Shown piece after piece: positions 19,270-29,043 of a stretch of DNA of 64,000 nt. Origin of the DNA: Candidatus Dojkabacteria bacterium (GTDB lineage: Bacteria; Patescibacteriota; Dojkabacteria; SC72). Numbering within the stretch: position 1 is the first letter of the stretch; the number at the start of each line of letters is the position of its first letter. A program made the translations under genes and the position numbers. The notes beneath the pieces were generated by a model. It had not been told where the DNA came from. It did no database searches and saw only the letters and a list, made by a program, of their open reading frames with translations. Where the stretch lies: contig JBMNPD010000003.1 of assembly GCA_050943415.1 (NCBI GenBank), forward strand, positions 3,962 through 67,961. Reading direction: 5' to 3'.

Positions 19270-19653
19270 TTATGTTTTATCTAAAGTTCTCTTTAAACCT
19301 CCTACAGGTTTACTTCTTCCCTTTCTAGTCCTTGCATTATGTCTAGTTCTTTGACCTCTAACAGGAAGACCTAACTTATGTCTAATTCCTCTGTATGCTC
19401 TAATATCTTTCAATCTTTTAATGTTTCTAAACAGATTCTGTCTTAACTCTCCTTCAACCACCAAATCGGTTTCAATATTCTTCCTCACTCTTTCCAACTC
19501 TGCTTCTGACAAATCTTTAACAAAAATATCTTTATCTAAATTACTTTTTTCGCAAATCTTCTTTGCACTAACCTCTCCTATTCCATATATACTAGTTAAG
19601 GAGACCCATAATCTCTTATCATTTGGTATTTCAACACCTGCAACTCTTGCCAT
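19270..19653 (-). CDS. rpsM: 30S ribosomal protein S13
   Basis: MARVAGV, IYGIG, GLPVRGQRTRHNARTRKG. Confidence 0.97.
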   Translation of the reverse strand: MARVAGVEIPNDKRLWVSLTSIYGIGEVSAKKICEKSNLDKDIFVKDLSEAELERVRKNIETDLVVEGELRQNLFRNIKRLKDIRAYRGIRHKLGLPVRGQRTRHNARTRKGRSKPVGGLKRTLDKT

Positions 19654-19677
19654 TTTTAAGTAACTAAATTAATTAAA

Positions 19678-19794
19678 TTAACCTTGTCTTTGCTTATGCT
19701 TAGGGTTCTTTTTACAATATACATAAACCCTAGCCTTTCTTTTGACTACATAACAATCCGGACATCTTTTTTTTACAGAAGCTCTAACTTTCAT
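19678..19794 (-). CDS. rpmJ: 50S ribosomal protein L36, zinc-binding type (not in ORF track)
   Basis: Manual translation [38 protein letters not shown]. Confidence 0.95.
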   Translation of the reverse strand: MKVRASVKKRCPDCYVVKRKARVYVYCKKNPKHKQRQG

Positions 19795-19799
19795 CTTTA

Positions 19800-20027
19800 T
19801 TATAATCTATATGTTATTCTACCTCTTTCTTTATCATAAGGAGTCATCTCAATTCGAACCTTATCTCCTTCTAAAATTCGAATATAGTGCATTCGCATTT
19901 TTCCTGAAAGATAACCTATAACTTCATGTTTCGATCCATTTACATCGATCTCAACAACAAACTGAGTGTTAGGTAGACTTTCCTTCACTACACCATCAAA
20001 TTCAAAAACCTTTTTGCTATCCTTCAT
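19800..20027 (-). CDS. infA: Translation initiation factor IF-1
   Basis: [35 protein letters not shown]. Confidence 0.97.
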   Translation of the reverse strand: MKDSKKVFEFDGVVKESLPNTQFVVEIDVNGSKHEVIGYLSGKMRMHYIRILEGDKVRIEMTPYDKERGRITYRL

Positions 20028-20235
20028 TTTTGTTTAATTTCTCCTTTATTTAGAATCTTTCGGATTATATCAAAAGAAGACTACTAATTCAACAAAAAGT
20101 ATCTGAATTGACCCTTATTTCTATACTTGAAAGAAACAAGGAAAGGATACCAAATAACCCGAACTATTACAAGGTTTTTATATTAAATAAAAAGTATCAC
20201 TTAAAAAACAGAACAGCAGCAATCACTTTTAGAAA

Positions 20236-22017
20236 CTACTTAACTGTAACTGATTTCGCTAGATTTCTCGGTCTATCAACATTATTCCCCAATTTAACAG
20301 AAAGGAAATACGAGATTAGTTGGAAAGGAATAGCATTACTAATACTAGAAATATTACCAACCTGTGGTGTCTCAATATATCTATCAAATAGATCCATCTT
20401 ACTAAATTCTTGACTACCGACACCTATTGTAAAAGCACCTCTTGTCTTTACTTGCTCCATAGCACTAATCAAACTAGCGCTATCTTCACTCTCTTTTGGT
20501 GGAATAATACCAAAAACAATCGTTCCTTTCTCCACTAATGCTATAACACCATGTTTTAACTCTCCTGCCGCAAAACCCTCCACATGTTTGTAAGAAACTT
20601 CTTTAATTTTAAGAGCTCCTTCAAACGCGATATATACATTCTCTCCTTTACCTAAAATAAAGGCACTATCTTTGTTTACCATACAGCTTGAAATATCCCT
20701 TATATTCGCAAAGCTCTCTTTAGTAAAAAGCCTTGTTATTTCTTTAGAAAGCTCCTTGATATTCTTCTTTGCTATCCTGTACTTTCCTACAACACTCATG
20801 GCTAAAAGATATCCCCATGCACACTGTGCCGTAAAAACTTTTGTAGACGCAACGCATATCTCAGGACCCGAGTTTGCATAAAACTCAAAATCAGACAGAC
20901 TACTAATGGTAGTACCGTGCATATTAACTATACTGGCAATCTTGCAACCTTTCTCTTTCATTCCTTCAATTGCTTCAATAGTATCTGCTGTCTCTCCACT
21001 TTGTGAGAATGCAATCACAACATCTCCTTTGTTAACAATAGGAAGATATGATCTGAACTCATAGCTTTTAATCTCCCTAGCATCTACATTTGCAATATTT
21101 CTTAAGAAATACGCAACTTGCCCAGCTGCAAACCCTGCAGTACCAGCACCAATAAGGAATACCTTGTTCCTTTTTTTAACCTCATTAACTAATTGTTCTA
21201 AATCTTTCTCTGTGTAGTTTGTAGCAAAAAGCAAAGTTTCTTTCTGGTCTACTATTTCTTTAAGCATGAAATGTTTAAATTTACCTTTTTCAATATTGTT
21301 ATATTGATGCTTCAACTCTTTTACTTCAATTTTTTTCTTCTTATTTTCAAGAACATCAAAAATTTTAATATCCTTTCCATCTATTTCTACCATATCATAA
21401 TTTTCTAGAAATACAGCTTTATTTGTAGCAAACGAAAAAGAAAGCGTGTCTGAGGAAAGATATACACCATCTTTTGCAATACCAATAACTAACGGAGATC
21501 CATTTCTTAAAGCATAAATCTTTCTATCGTCATGACTTAAAATAGCTACTGTATTCCTGCCTTTCAACCTTTTAAACACATCAACAATAGCCTCTTTAAG
21601 AGACATGTTTTCAAGCTCTTGCTCTATTAATCTAACTATTACCTCTGTATCTGTTTGCGAAACAAATTTAACACCTTTTTTAATTAAACCTTGTTTTAAT
21701 TCAGCAACATTCTCAACCATACCATTTTGAGCGAGTGTAAAATTTCCTAATAACGAAAGATGAGGATGGGCATTAATCTTTGTTACACTACCATGTGTAG
21801 CCCATCTAATATGTCCAATACCGATATTTCCTTTCGGTAACTTCCGAAAAGCACCACTCTCCTTAACTTCACCTAAATCTTTGCATTGGTAAATCTTATC
21901 TTTTCCTAATACAGCCACTCCCCACGAGTCATAACCAAGATATTCCAGCCTCTTGAGGCCATCAAAAATAATATTCTTACTCTCTTTAGTTCCAGAGTAT
22001 CCAAAAATAGCACACAT
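20236..22017 (-). CDS. glmS: Glutamine--fructose-6-phosphate transaminase (isomerizing)
   Basis: N-terminal MC nucleophile, RWATHG, SQTDTEV, SQSGETADT, VASTK, GELKHG, DRPRNLAKSVTV. Confidence 0.96.
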   Translation of the reverse strand: MCAIFGYSGTKESKNIIFDGLKRLEYLGYDSWGVAVLGKDKIYQCKDLGEVKESGAFRKLPKGNIGIGHIRWATHGSVTKINAHPHLSLLGNFTLAQNGMVENVAELKQGLIKKGVKFVSQTDTEVIVRLIEQELENMSLKEAIVDVFKRLKGRNTVAILSHDDRKIYALRNGSPLVIGIAKDGVYLSSDTLSFSFATNKAVFLENYDMVEIDGKDIKIFDVLENKKKKIEVKELKHQYNNIEKGKFKHFMLKEIVDQKETLLFATNYTEKDLEQLVNEVKKRNKVFLIGAGTAGFAAGQVAYFLRNIANVDAREIKSYEFRSYLPIVNKGDVVIAFSQSGETADTIEAIEGMKEKGCKIASIVNMHGTTISSLSDFEFYANSGPEICVASTKVFTAQCAWGYLLAMSVVGKYRIAKKNIKELSKEITRLFTKESFANIRDISSCMVNKDSAFILGKGENVYIAFEGALKIKEVSYKHVEGFAAGELKHGVIALVEKGTIVFGIIPPKESEDSASLISAMEQVKTRGAFTIGVGSQEFSKMDLFDRYIETPQVGNISSISNAIPFQLISYFLSVKLGNNVDRPRNLAKSVTVK

Positions 22018-22046
22018 ATCCTTTATACCATTATTTTAGATTTGGG

Positions 22047-22170
22047 AACTGTTAATTACTTTTTGGAATTGTAGTAATCTTTAGGCAAACAGTATTACCT
22101 GAAGGTATCCGCTGATTGTCTCGATTTCCTTCTCCTCGTAGTAGCTTCCTTACGACTACCCATACGCTTT
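22047..22170 (-). ncRNA. glmS ribozyme/riboswitch (compact variant)
   Basis: Minus strand AGCG..ACGAGG..AUCGAGACAAUCAGCGGAU core; P1 GUAG/CUAC, P2 GAAGG/CCUUC, P3 AGGUAA/UUGCCU, P3.1 ACUGU/ACAGU, P4 AUUACU/AGUAAU; lies in the 5' UTR of glmS. Confidence 0.85.
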
Positions 22171-22191
22171 TATTTTAAATACCCCATTTAT

Positions 22192-22220
22192 ATACTACAA
22201 GATATAGCAGCACAGAGCAA
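22192..22220 (-). promoter_or_regulatory. Sigma70-type promoter for the glmS leader
   Basis: TTGCTC-17 nt-TAGTAT on the minus strand, about 20 nt upstream of the ribozyme. Confidence 0.5.
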
Positions 22221-22251
22221 ATTCGATATTTTAGAATCAGGTTCAACAGAC

Positions 22252-22902
22252 CTACAAATTTAAAACCTTAACAACATTCTTATGAATTTCATCAATTGAA
22301 GGTGATGCATCTACTTCTATCAAAATACCTCTCTTCCTATACTCTTCAAGTATTGGTTGTATCGTCCTATTGTATTCTTTCAATCTTTCTTTAATCTTTT
22401 CAGGCTGATCATCTTCTCTTTTTTCTAATTTAGCAGAGCATTTTGTACAATATCCTTTCTCCTTTTCAGGCTTGTATTTATCATGATATGTAGCAGCACA
22501 TTTAGGACAGTACCATCTAAGTGACATTCTCTCTATTGCAGCCTCTTCACTCAATGTAAAGTGAACGAACTTATCTAATTTTCTACCTTTCTTTTCCAGT
22601 AAATCATCAAAGAGAGGGATCTGTCCAACATCTCTTACTACGGATACAAATGCCCAATTCTTAGTCGGATCATACTTATCCAACCATTTGGGCAACATTC
22701 TATATATTATTTCATTTGGAACAAACTTTCCTTGACTAACATATTTATCAGCTTCTATAGCATCAGAATCATTCTCTAACAACATTTTACGTAACATCTC
22801 TCCTGTACCGATACTCTCAAAATTGTATTGTTCTACTAACAAGTCAACTTGTGTGTCCTTACCACAACCAGAAGGACCATGAAAAAGAAAAGTCGTCTGC
22901 AT
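22252..22902 (-). CDS. adk: Adenylate kinase family NMP kinase with zinc LID (divergent)
   Basis: P-loop GPSGCGKDTQ, CPKC...CTKC LID, REDD; position downstream of secY. Confidence 0.85.
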   Translation of the reverse strand: MQTTFLFHGPSGCGKDTQVDLLVEQYNFESIGTGEMLRKMLLENDSDAIEADKYVSQGKFVPNEIIYRMLPKWLDKYDPTKNWAFVSVVRDVGQIPLFDDLLEKKGRKLDKFVHFTLSEEAAIERMSLRWYCPKCAATYHDKYKPEKEKGYCTKCSAKLEKREDDQPEKIKERLKEYNRTIQPILEEYRKRGILIEVDASPSIDEIHKNVVKVLNL

Positions 22903-23071
22903 TGATATAAATAATATGTAAATTAAAAAACACCCTTAAGGTAGTATGATAATGTTATCACATAGGGCTTAGATGTAGCAAGTTAACAAATTTTTAAGAA
23001 ATTATCGGCTAATTTAATAAAAGAAAATTTGATTTAACCTATTTTTAATAATTACCATATATCATTTAAGA

Positions 23072-23530
23072 ATGAGGACAAGTTTAGAAAAAGATATTAT
23101 TTATCATATATATAACAGAGGAAATAGAAAACAAACTATTTGTTTTACTAGAAAGGATTACGCAAAACTCCTTAATCTATTTTACAAATACTTTGATTAT
23201 CGCTCCTTTAATATTATTTCTCTTTGTATTATGCCCAACCATTTTCATTTGTTGGTTGTCAGAAACAGCAATCTAAACACCGAAAGAGCTATACAGAATG
23301 TCTCTTCTGTATATGCGAAATATATAAATAAAAAATACGGAGTAGTTGGGCATCTATTTCAAGGTACATATAAAAGAAAGAAAGTTACTGATATTGTCTA
23401 TTTTGAGAAGTTAGTTAAATATATTAACAATAATCCTATTGAATTAAGTCCTCACACACCTTTTATCCTCAAAGAAAATAGAAAACTGATTAACTACTAC
23501 AAAATGATTCTTTCTACAGAATCCGAATAA
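23072..23530 (+). CDS. REP-associated tyrosine transposase (RAYT / Y1 HUH nuclease)
   Basis: YHIYNRG, CIMPNHFHLL (HUH), GHLFQGTY, KYINNNP (catalytic Tyr). Confidence 0.9.
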   Translation: MRTSLEKDIIYHIYNRGNRKQTICFTRKDYAKLLNLFYKYFDYRSFNIISLCIMPNHFHLLVVRNSNLNTERAIQNVSSVYAKYINKKYGVVGHLFQGTYKRKKVTDIVYFEKLVKYINNNPIELSPHTPFILKENRKLINYYKMILSTESE

Positions 23531-23614
23531 AGTAGCTTTTTCCAGCCCATAGAAACTTAAATATTTATGAAATAACTCTAAATAACCCTTACTAGGAGTA
23601 GCAAAACAACCACC

Positions 23615-24880
23615 TTAAAGGTATTTATTATAGCTTCTGACCGTTATCATTGATTCAATTTCTCTTTTTATCTCAAGAACTACACCAACTACAATTAGGA
23701 GGCCAGTCCCAGAAAAGACTGATCTTGGTATCAAACCTGTCTGAACAACAACATCTGGCAAGATAGAAAGAATAGCAAGGAAGATAGCACCTATTGCTGC
23801 CAATCTAAAGCTAACTTTTCGTAAATAATCAGAGGTGTTATCACCTGGTCTTATACCTTGTATAAATGCACCTTGTTTTTGCAAATTCTCTGCTAATTCA
23901 TCTGTTTTGAATACTACGGTTAGATAGAAGAATGAAAAGGCTATGACCAATACAAATATTAAGGAGTTATATATATATGGATTGTTCAACCAATCTAATA
24001 TTTTCTGCATAAAATCAGTTAATCCTTGATTATAGTTTTTACTTACAAGAAATTTTCCTATTAGCTGAGGGAATGAAATAAATGCCATAGCAAAGATTAC
24101 TGGCATTACTCCTGACTGAGTAGGCTTTATTGGAATATAGCTTTCCATTGCACCACCTGTTCTTACTCTTCTAGAATACTGTACTTTTACTCTCCTTTCA
24201 GCTTGTGTGACAAAAACAACGGATACTATTAAGAATATTGAAAATACTGTAAATACAATTTTTTGGCCAACATCCATTGTCATAAAATTTGTCCTTATGG
24301 TACCAGGTATTCCTGAGAGGATTCCAAGCATGATTAGATATGATGATCCTCCACCTAAACCACTCTCGGATATTAACTCTCCAAACCACATCATTACTAC
24401 AGAGCCAGCTGTTAATGTTGCAGACATTGCTACGAGTTCTAATGCTCCTAGTTGTGGTATTAATCCCATTGCAAGTAATGAGGAGTATATTACAAATGAT
24501 TGTAAGATGGCTAAGGGAACTGTTGCAAGTCTTGTATACATTGATATTTTTCTTCTTCCCTCTAGTCCTTCTTTTTGTAACTCTTCTAGTTTAGGAATTA
24601 CTGTAGCTAATAATTGGAAGATGATTGAAGCGTTAATATATGGTGTCAAACCTATTGCAACAATTGATGCTGTTTCTAATACTCCTCCCGAAACAGTAGA
24701 GAGTACTTCTCCTACTCCTGTTCCTTCAAACAGCTGTCTTATGGCATCTGCAGGGATTCCTGAAACTGGTATAGCAGAAAGTACTCTGTATACAACCATG
24801 ATCATCAACGAGTAGAGTATTTTTTTTCTAATTTCCTCTGTTTTCCAAATGGACTTTAATTTTTCTATAAATTTGTTCAT
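23615..24880 (-). CDS. secY: Preprotein translocase SecY
   Basis: GLTPYINASII, GRRKI, SGVMPVIFA, IQGIRPG, GTGLLIVVGV. Confidence 0.97.
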   Translation of the reverse strand: MNKFIEKLKSIWKTEEIRKKILYSLMIMVVYRVLSAIPVSGIPADAIRQLFEGTGVGEVLSTVSGGVLETASIVAIGLTPYINASIIFQLLATVIPKLEELQKEGLEGRRKISMYTRLATVPLAILQSFVIYSSLLAMGLIPQLGALELVAMSATLTAGSVVMMWFGELISESGLGGGSSYLIMLGILSGIPGTIRTNFMTMDVGQKIVFTVFSIFLIVSVVFVTQAERRVKVQYSRRVRTGGAMESYIPIKPTQSGVMPVIFAMAFISFPQLIGKFLVSKNYNQGLTDFMQKILDWLNNPYIYNSLIFVLVIAFSFFYLTVVFKTDELAENLQKQGAFIQGIRPGDNTSDYLRKVSFRLAAIGAIFLAILSILPDVVVQTGLIPRSVFSGTGLLIVVGVVLEIKREIESMITVRSYNKYL

Positions 24881-24891
24881 TTTCTTCGAGA

Positions 24892-25335
24892 TTATTTAAT
24901 AACCCCACCAGACTTTTTTATTTTTTCAATGGCAGTAGTAGATAATTCAATTCCTTCTATTGTTAATTTCTTCTTCAAATCTCCATTTCCAAGGATTTTG
25001 ATTTTTTTAGAATTCTTTTTAACAATTCCTTTACTCTTCAAATTTTCTGGACTTACAGTATCTCCTGATTCGAAATATTTCTCCAATGTTCCTACATTTA
25101 CGGCACTTGCTTCCTCTTTGAACTTTCTATTAAATCCTTTATATTTTGGCATTCGTCTAAAGAATGGTACATTTCCTCCTTCAAAGAATTGCAATGATTT
25201 ATGTCCTGATCGTGATTTTTGTCCTTTTGTTCCTCTTCCTACAGTATGTCCTCCGACTCCTGATCCATAGCCTCTTCCAAGTCTTTTTGATTTCATTATT
25301 CTATTTTTTCTTTTTGGTATATTCTCTAAATTCAT
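24892..25335 (-). CDS. rplO: 50S ribosomal protein L15
   Basis: RLGRGYGSG, GRGTKGQKSR, FEGG..P..RRMPK. Confidence 0.96.
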   Translation of the reverse strand: MNLENIPKRKNRIMKSKRLGRGYGSGVGGHTVGRGTKGQKSRSGHKSLQFFEGGNVPFFRRMPKYKGFNRKFKEEASAVNVGTLEKYFESGDTVSPENLKSKGIVKKNSKKIKILGNGDLKKKLTIEGIELSTTAIEKIKKSGGVIK

Positions 25336-25976
25336 TACTTTTCTTTACTTACTTTAGCTTTCTTATCTGTTTTCTTTTGAAATTTTTCTTTTCTTGATGC
25401 TTTTTCTTTCTTATGTTCTTTTCTCTTTTTATCTTCTTTTGCTTTCTTTTCTTTGTCAGCGGCTTCTTTGAGCTCGATTCTATCTCTCATCTTTGTCATT
25501 CTGCTCAGTACTCTGTCACTTCTCAATGCTTTTAGTGCTTTAAATGTGCAGTATGCATTTCCATTTGGATCAGGACTTCCTAGAATTTTGCCGTATACAT
25601 TATCCACACCAGCCATCTCTAGTACTGTTCTTACGGATGAACCAGCAATTACTCCTGTACCTGGTCTTGCAGGTCTTAGCAAAACTATTGAAGCTCCATC
25701 TTTCATCAACATCTCATGTGGAATGGTATCTCCAACAAGCTGTATTTTAGTTGCATATTTAGAAGCTAATCTTTCTCCTTGTTCTACAGCACCTCTTACA
25801 TCAGCACCTCTTCCTAATGCTACACCTACTGTACCGTGTCTATCACCTACCACAACTACAGTACTGAATCGCAATCTTTTACCACCTTTAGTTACTTTTG
25901 CAACTCTTCTTATTGGTAACGATTTCTTATCGTACATTTTTCTTTCTTTGTTGTTTTTTCTAATTTTCTCGTCCAT
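25335..25976 (-). CDS. rpsE: 30S ribosomal protein S5 with long Lys-rich C-terminal tail
   Basis: RVAKVTKGGKRLRF, RPARPGTGVIAG. Confidence 0.96.
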   Translation of the reverse strand: MDEKIRKNNKERKMYDKKSLPIRRVAKVTKGGKRLRFSTVVVVGDRHGTVGVALGRGADVRGAVEQGERLASKYATKIQLVGDTIPHEMLMKDGASIVLLRPARPGTGVIAGSSVRTVLEMAGVDNVYGKILGSPDPNGNAYCTFKALKALRSDRVLSRMTKMRDRIELKEAADKEKKAKEDKKRKEHKKEKASRKEKFQKKTDKKAKVSKEK

Positions 25977-25985
25977 GTTTTTATT

Positions 25986-26312
25986 TTAAATTTTAATATC
26001 TTGTTTTCTCAATTCCTCTACAAATTCTTGTATTAATCCATGGTATTTGTAACCACTTCTATCAAATACTAACGAATCAAATTTCTTAGCTTCTTTTCCA
26101 AATTTCTTAGCCATATCTAATATATCTTTGCCATTTTTCTTTGACATAAATGACTTAATTACAGTGTTTTTGTCATCATCTGCTATTCCTGCATAGAAAT
26201 ATTTGTTGCTTTTGAATACAAATACTCTTGGCTTCTCAGAAGTACCACTTAGATTCTTTCTAATGTGTGCTTTTCTTCTTATTCTTTTTTCTTTTTTAGT
26301 TGTTTTTGACAT
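25986..26312 (-). CDS. rplR: 50S ribosomal protein L18 (short)
   Basis: PRVFVFKSNK, VFDRSGYKYHG. Confidence 0.93.
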   Translation of the reverse strand: MSKTTKKEKRIRRKAHIRKNLSGTSEKPRVFVFKSNKYFYAGIADDDKNTVIKSFMSKKNGKDILDMAKKFGKEAKKFDSLVFDRSGYKYHGLIQEFVEELRKQDIKI

Positions 26313-26335
26313 CTTCTTAGTTATATATTTTTATC

Positions 26336-26875
26336 TTACTTAACACTTGATTTAGAACTCTTTCTTCTAACATACTCACCTTCGTATCGTATTCCTTTTC
26401 CTTTGTAAGGTTCTGGTTTTCTAATTTCTCTAATTGCTGCTGTAAATTCTCCTACTTTCTGTTTATCGTAACCTTTAATTGTAATCTTAGTTTCTTCTGG
26501 AACTTCTATTGTTATTCCTTCTGTTGGTTCTATCTTTACAGGATGGTTCCAACCTAAGCTCATAACTAATGTTTGTCCTTCCATTCTTGCTCTGTAACCA
26601 ACTCCTACTAATTCTAATTTTTTCTCGAATCCATTTTTTACTCCTTCGATTGCATTTTTAATCATCATTCTGTATGTACCGTGATTTGATTTTGACTGTT
26701 TCTCATCATTTTCTCTAGCAACTGTTACCTCTCCATTTTCAATATTACAAGATATGCCTTCTGGTAATGTAATTTTTAGTTCACCTAAAGGACCTGTTAC
26801 AGTAACTTCATTCTCTATCACTACTACTTCTACTCCTTCTTCAATTTTAATTGGTTCTAATCCTACTCTTGACAT
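26336..26875 (-). CDS. rplF: 50S ribosomal protein L6
   Basis: MSRVG, GPLGEL, GVGYRA, PEPYKGKGIRY. Confidence 0.97.
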   Translation of the reverse strand: MSRVGLEPIKIEEGVEVVVIENEVTVTGPLGELKITLPEGISCNIENGEVTVARENDEKQSKSNHGTYRMMIKNAIEGVKNGFEKKLELVGVGYRARMEGQTLVMSLGWNHPVKIEPTEGITIEVPEETKITIKGYDKQKVGEFTAAIREIRKPEPYKGKGIRYEGEYVRRKSSKSSVK

Positions 26876-26881
26876 ATTTCA

Positions 26882-27259
26882 TTACCAAACTTCACATATT
26901 AATTCACCACCAAGGTTTCTGCTTTTTGCTAATGCTCCAGACATGAGACCTTCTGATGTACTGATTATGGAGATTCCTCTTCCATTCATCACTGGTTTAA
27001 TTTCTTTCTTTGACACATAGATTCTTTGACCAGGCTTACTTATTCTAGTCAATTTTGTTAATACTGACTCGTTGTTTTCATAGAGCAACTCTACTTCTAT
27101 TGTGTTTCCATTCTCTTCGTAGTTCCCTATCATTTTTTCATTCTTTAATACTTCAAGAATAGCCCTGTTCATATTTGTATTAACAACAAGGACTGTGTCT
27201 TTCTTTCTCATTATTCCATTTTGTATTCTTGCTAGTAAATCTGCTATTAAATCGTTCAT
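26882..27259 (-). CDS. rpsH: 30S ribosomal protein S8
   Basis: IADLLARIQN, RISKPGQRIY, GGELICEVW. Confidence 0.96.
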   Translation of the reverse strand: MNDLIADLLARIQNGIMRKKDTVLVVNTNMNRAILEVLKNEKMIGNYEENGNTIEVELLYENNESVLTKLTRISKPGQRIYVSKKEIKPVMNGRGISIISTSEGLMSGALAKSRNLGGELICEVW

Positions 27260-27275
27260 TTTTATATTTATAAAA

Positions 27276-27470
27276 TTACCATATAGATTTTTTTACTCCA
27301 GGTACTTTTCCTTCGCTGGCTAATTGTTTAAAACATATTCTACAAATTCCATAATGTCTGAGATATCCTCTTGCCCTTCCACAAATCTCGCACCTATTAT
27401 ACACTCTAGTGCTAAATTTAGACTTCTTTTTTAATGCTTTTGCTTTGTATTCTTTAGCTGTTGTTGACAT
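27276..27470 (-). CDS. rpsZ: 30S ribosomal protein S14, type Z (likely start ATG at 27470)
   Basis: [10 protein letters not shown]...GICRICF...GVKKSIW zinc finger. Confidence 0.93.
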   Translation of the reverse strand: MSTTAKEYKAKALKKKSKFSTRVYNRCEICGRARGYLRHYGICRICFKQLASEGKVPGVKKSIW

Positions 27471-28008
27471 CTTTTCTAAAAGGGAATCCAAATTTATCTA
27501 AAAATAACTTCGCTTCTTTATCATTTTCTGCAGTTGTTACTAATGTAACTTCTAAGCTTCTTATCTTTGTAACATTATTAGGATCAATTTCTACAAAAAC
27601 TGTGTGATCTTCTATTCCAATTGTGTAGTTACCATGTCCATCGAATGATTTTGTGCTTAATCCTCTAAAGTCTTTTGTTCTTGGCAATACAACATTTACT
27701 AATTTGTCAAAAAACTCCCACATTCTCTGTCCTCTTAAAGTAACAGATGCTCCAATCTCCATTCCTTCTCTTATTTTAAATGCAGAGACTGCTTTCTTTG
27801 CTTTGTTAATAACTGGTTTCTGTCCAGAAATTTTAGCAAGTATTTCAACAATTTCATCCATTGCGGCTTTATTTGTAAGACTCTCTCCTGCTCCTACATT
27901 TATAACTATCTTCTTCAGAGTAGGTACTTGCATAATGGACTGATATTTGTTCTCTTCCATTATCTCTTTCTTAATTCTTTTGTTGTATTCGTCTAATAGT
28001 CTTGCCAT
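27454..28008 (-). CDS. rplE: 50S ribosomal protein L5
   Basis: [33 protein letters not shown]. Confidence 0.97.
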   Translation of the reverse strand: MARLLDEYNKRIKKEIMEENKYQSIMQVPTLKKIVINVGAGESLTNKAAMDEIVEILAKISGQKPVINKAKKAVSAFKIREGMEIGASVTLRGQRMWEFFDKLVNVVLPRTKDFRGLSTKSFDGHGNYTIGIEDHTVFVEIDPNNVTKIRSLEVTLVTTAENDKEAKLFLDKFGFPFRKDVNNS

Positions 28009-28010
28009 TT

Positions 28011-28406
28011 TTATTTTTTAGTTTCTTTCTTAATTTTTTTATTATCTTTTTTAGTTTCTTTTTCTTCTTTCTTTTCTACTTTTGTTTCTTTTTTAGTAGT
28101 TACGATATCTTTTCCACACTTCTTACATACTCTAATAATTTCTTCTCCTTCCTTTCTTAATCCAACTCTTGTAGGTTTACCACATAAAGGACATACAAAC
28201 ATTACTTTAGAGATAGGGAAAGGTTTCTCTATTGTTAAGATTTCAGAAGTTCTTGTTCTTCCATCCCCCTTTAGATGTCTCTTGTACAGATTTAAGCCCT
28301 CTACAACAAGAGTTCTCTTCTTAGGGTTTAGAGCAACAACAGTTCCTCTTTTCCCTGCTTCTTTTCCGTATAGTATTTTTACTGTATCTCCTTTTCTAAT
28401 TTTCAT
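28011..28406 (-). CDS. rplX: 50S ribosomal protein L24 (zinc-finger type, Lys/Glu tail)
   Basis: KIRKGDTV..GKEAGKRG, VEGLN, CPLC...CKKC. Confidence 0.95.
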   Translation of the reverse strand: MKIRKGDTVKILYGKEAGKRGTVVALNPKKRTLVVEGLNLYKRHLKGDGRTRTSEILTIEKPFPISKVMFVCPLCGKPTRVGLRKEGEEIIRVCKKCGKDIVTTKKETKVEKKEEKETKKDNKKIKKETKK

Positions 28407-28415
28407 TGTTTTTAT

Positions 28416-28787
28416 TTATAATACTTCTGGTGCTAAAGAAACTATTTTATCAAAACCTCTTTCTTTTAGTTCTCTAGCAACAGGACCAAATATACGACTT
28501 CCTTTAGGTGTTTTATTTTTCATATCAATTAAAACCACTGCATTATCATCAAATCTTATGTAGGAACCATCTTTTCTTCTATGTTCTTTGTTTGTTCTTA
28601 CTATTACTGCTTTATGCATTTCATGATCTTTAACTCCTGCATGTGGTATTGATTTCTGTATAGAAACAGTAACCACATCTCCTATTCCTGCATATCTTCT
28701 ATTAGAAGCACCTGGTATACCTATAACTTTGGCTTCTCTTGCTCCGCTGTTATCTGCTACTGTAAGTATTGTTTCTTTCTGTACCAT
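28416..28787 (-). CDS. rplN: 50S ribosomal protein L14
   Basis: [31 protein letters not shown]. Confidence 0.98.
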   Translation of the reverse strand: MVQKETILTVADNSGAREAKVIGIPGASNRRYAGIGDVVTVSIQKSIPHAGVKDHEMHKAVIVRTNKEHRRKDGSYIRFDDNAVVLIDMKNKTPKGSRIFGPVARELKERGFDKIVSLAPEVL

Positions 28788-28788
28788 A

Positions 28789-29043
28789 TTAATCTTTCTT
28801 AATTACTACCCATCTTATTTTCTTTGAAAGAGGTTTACTCTCTCTAATTGTTACTTTATCTCCTATATTTAGTTCTTCATCTGTTCTAGCAAAGAAAACT
28901 TTCTTCCTTTTAACAACCTTTTTGTAAACAGGATGCGCTTCTAACCTATCAACTCTTACTTTAACGGTTTTATCCATCTGATTTCCTATCACAACTCCCT
29001 CTATTATTCTTTTGTTGCTTTTTCTTGTATTATTTTTTTCCAT
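28789..29043 (-). CDS. rpsQ: 30S ribosomal protein S17
   Basis: MDKTVKV, HPVYKK, ESKPLSK..RW. Confidence 0.95.
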   Translation of the reverse strand: MEKNNTRKSNKRIIEGVVIGNQMDKTVKVRVDRLEAHPVYKKVVKRKKVFFARTDEELNIGDKVTIRESKPLSKKIRWVVIKKD

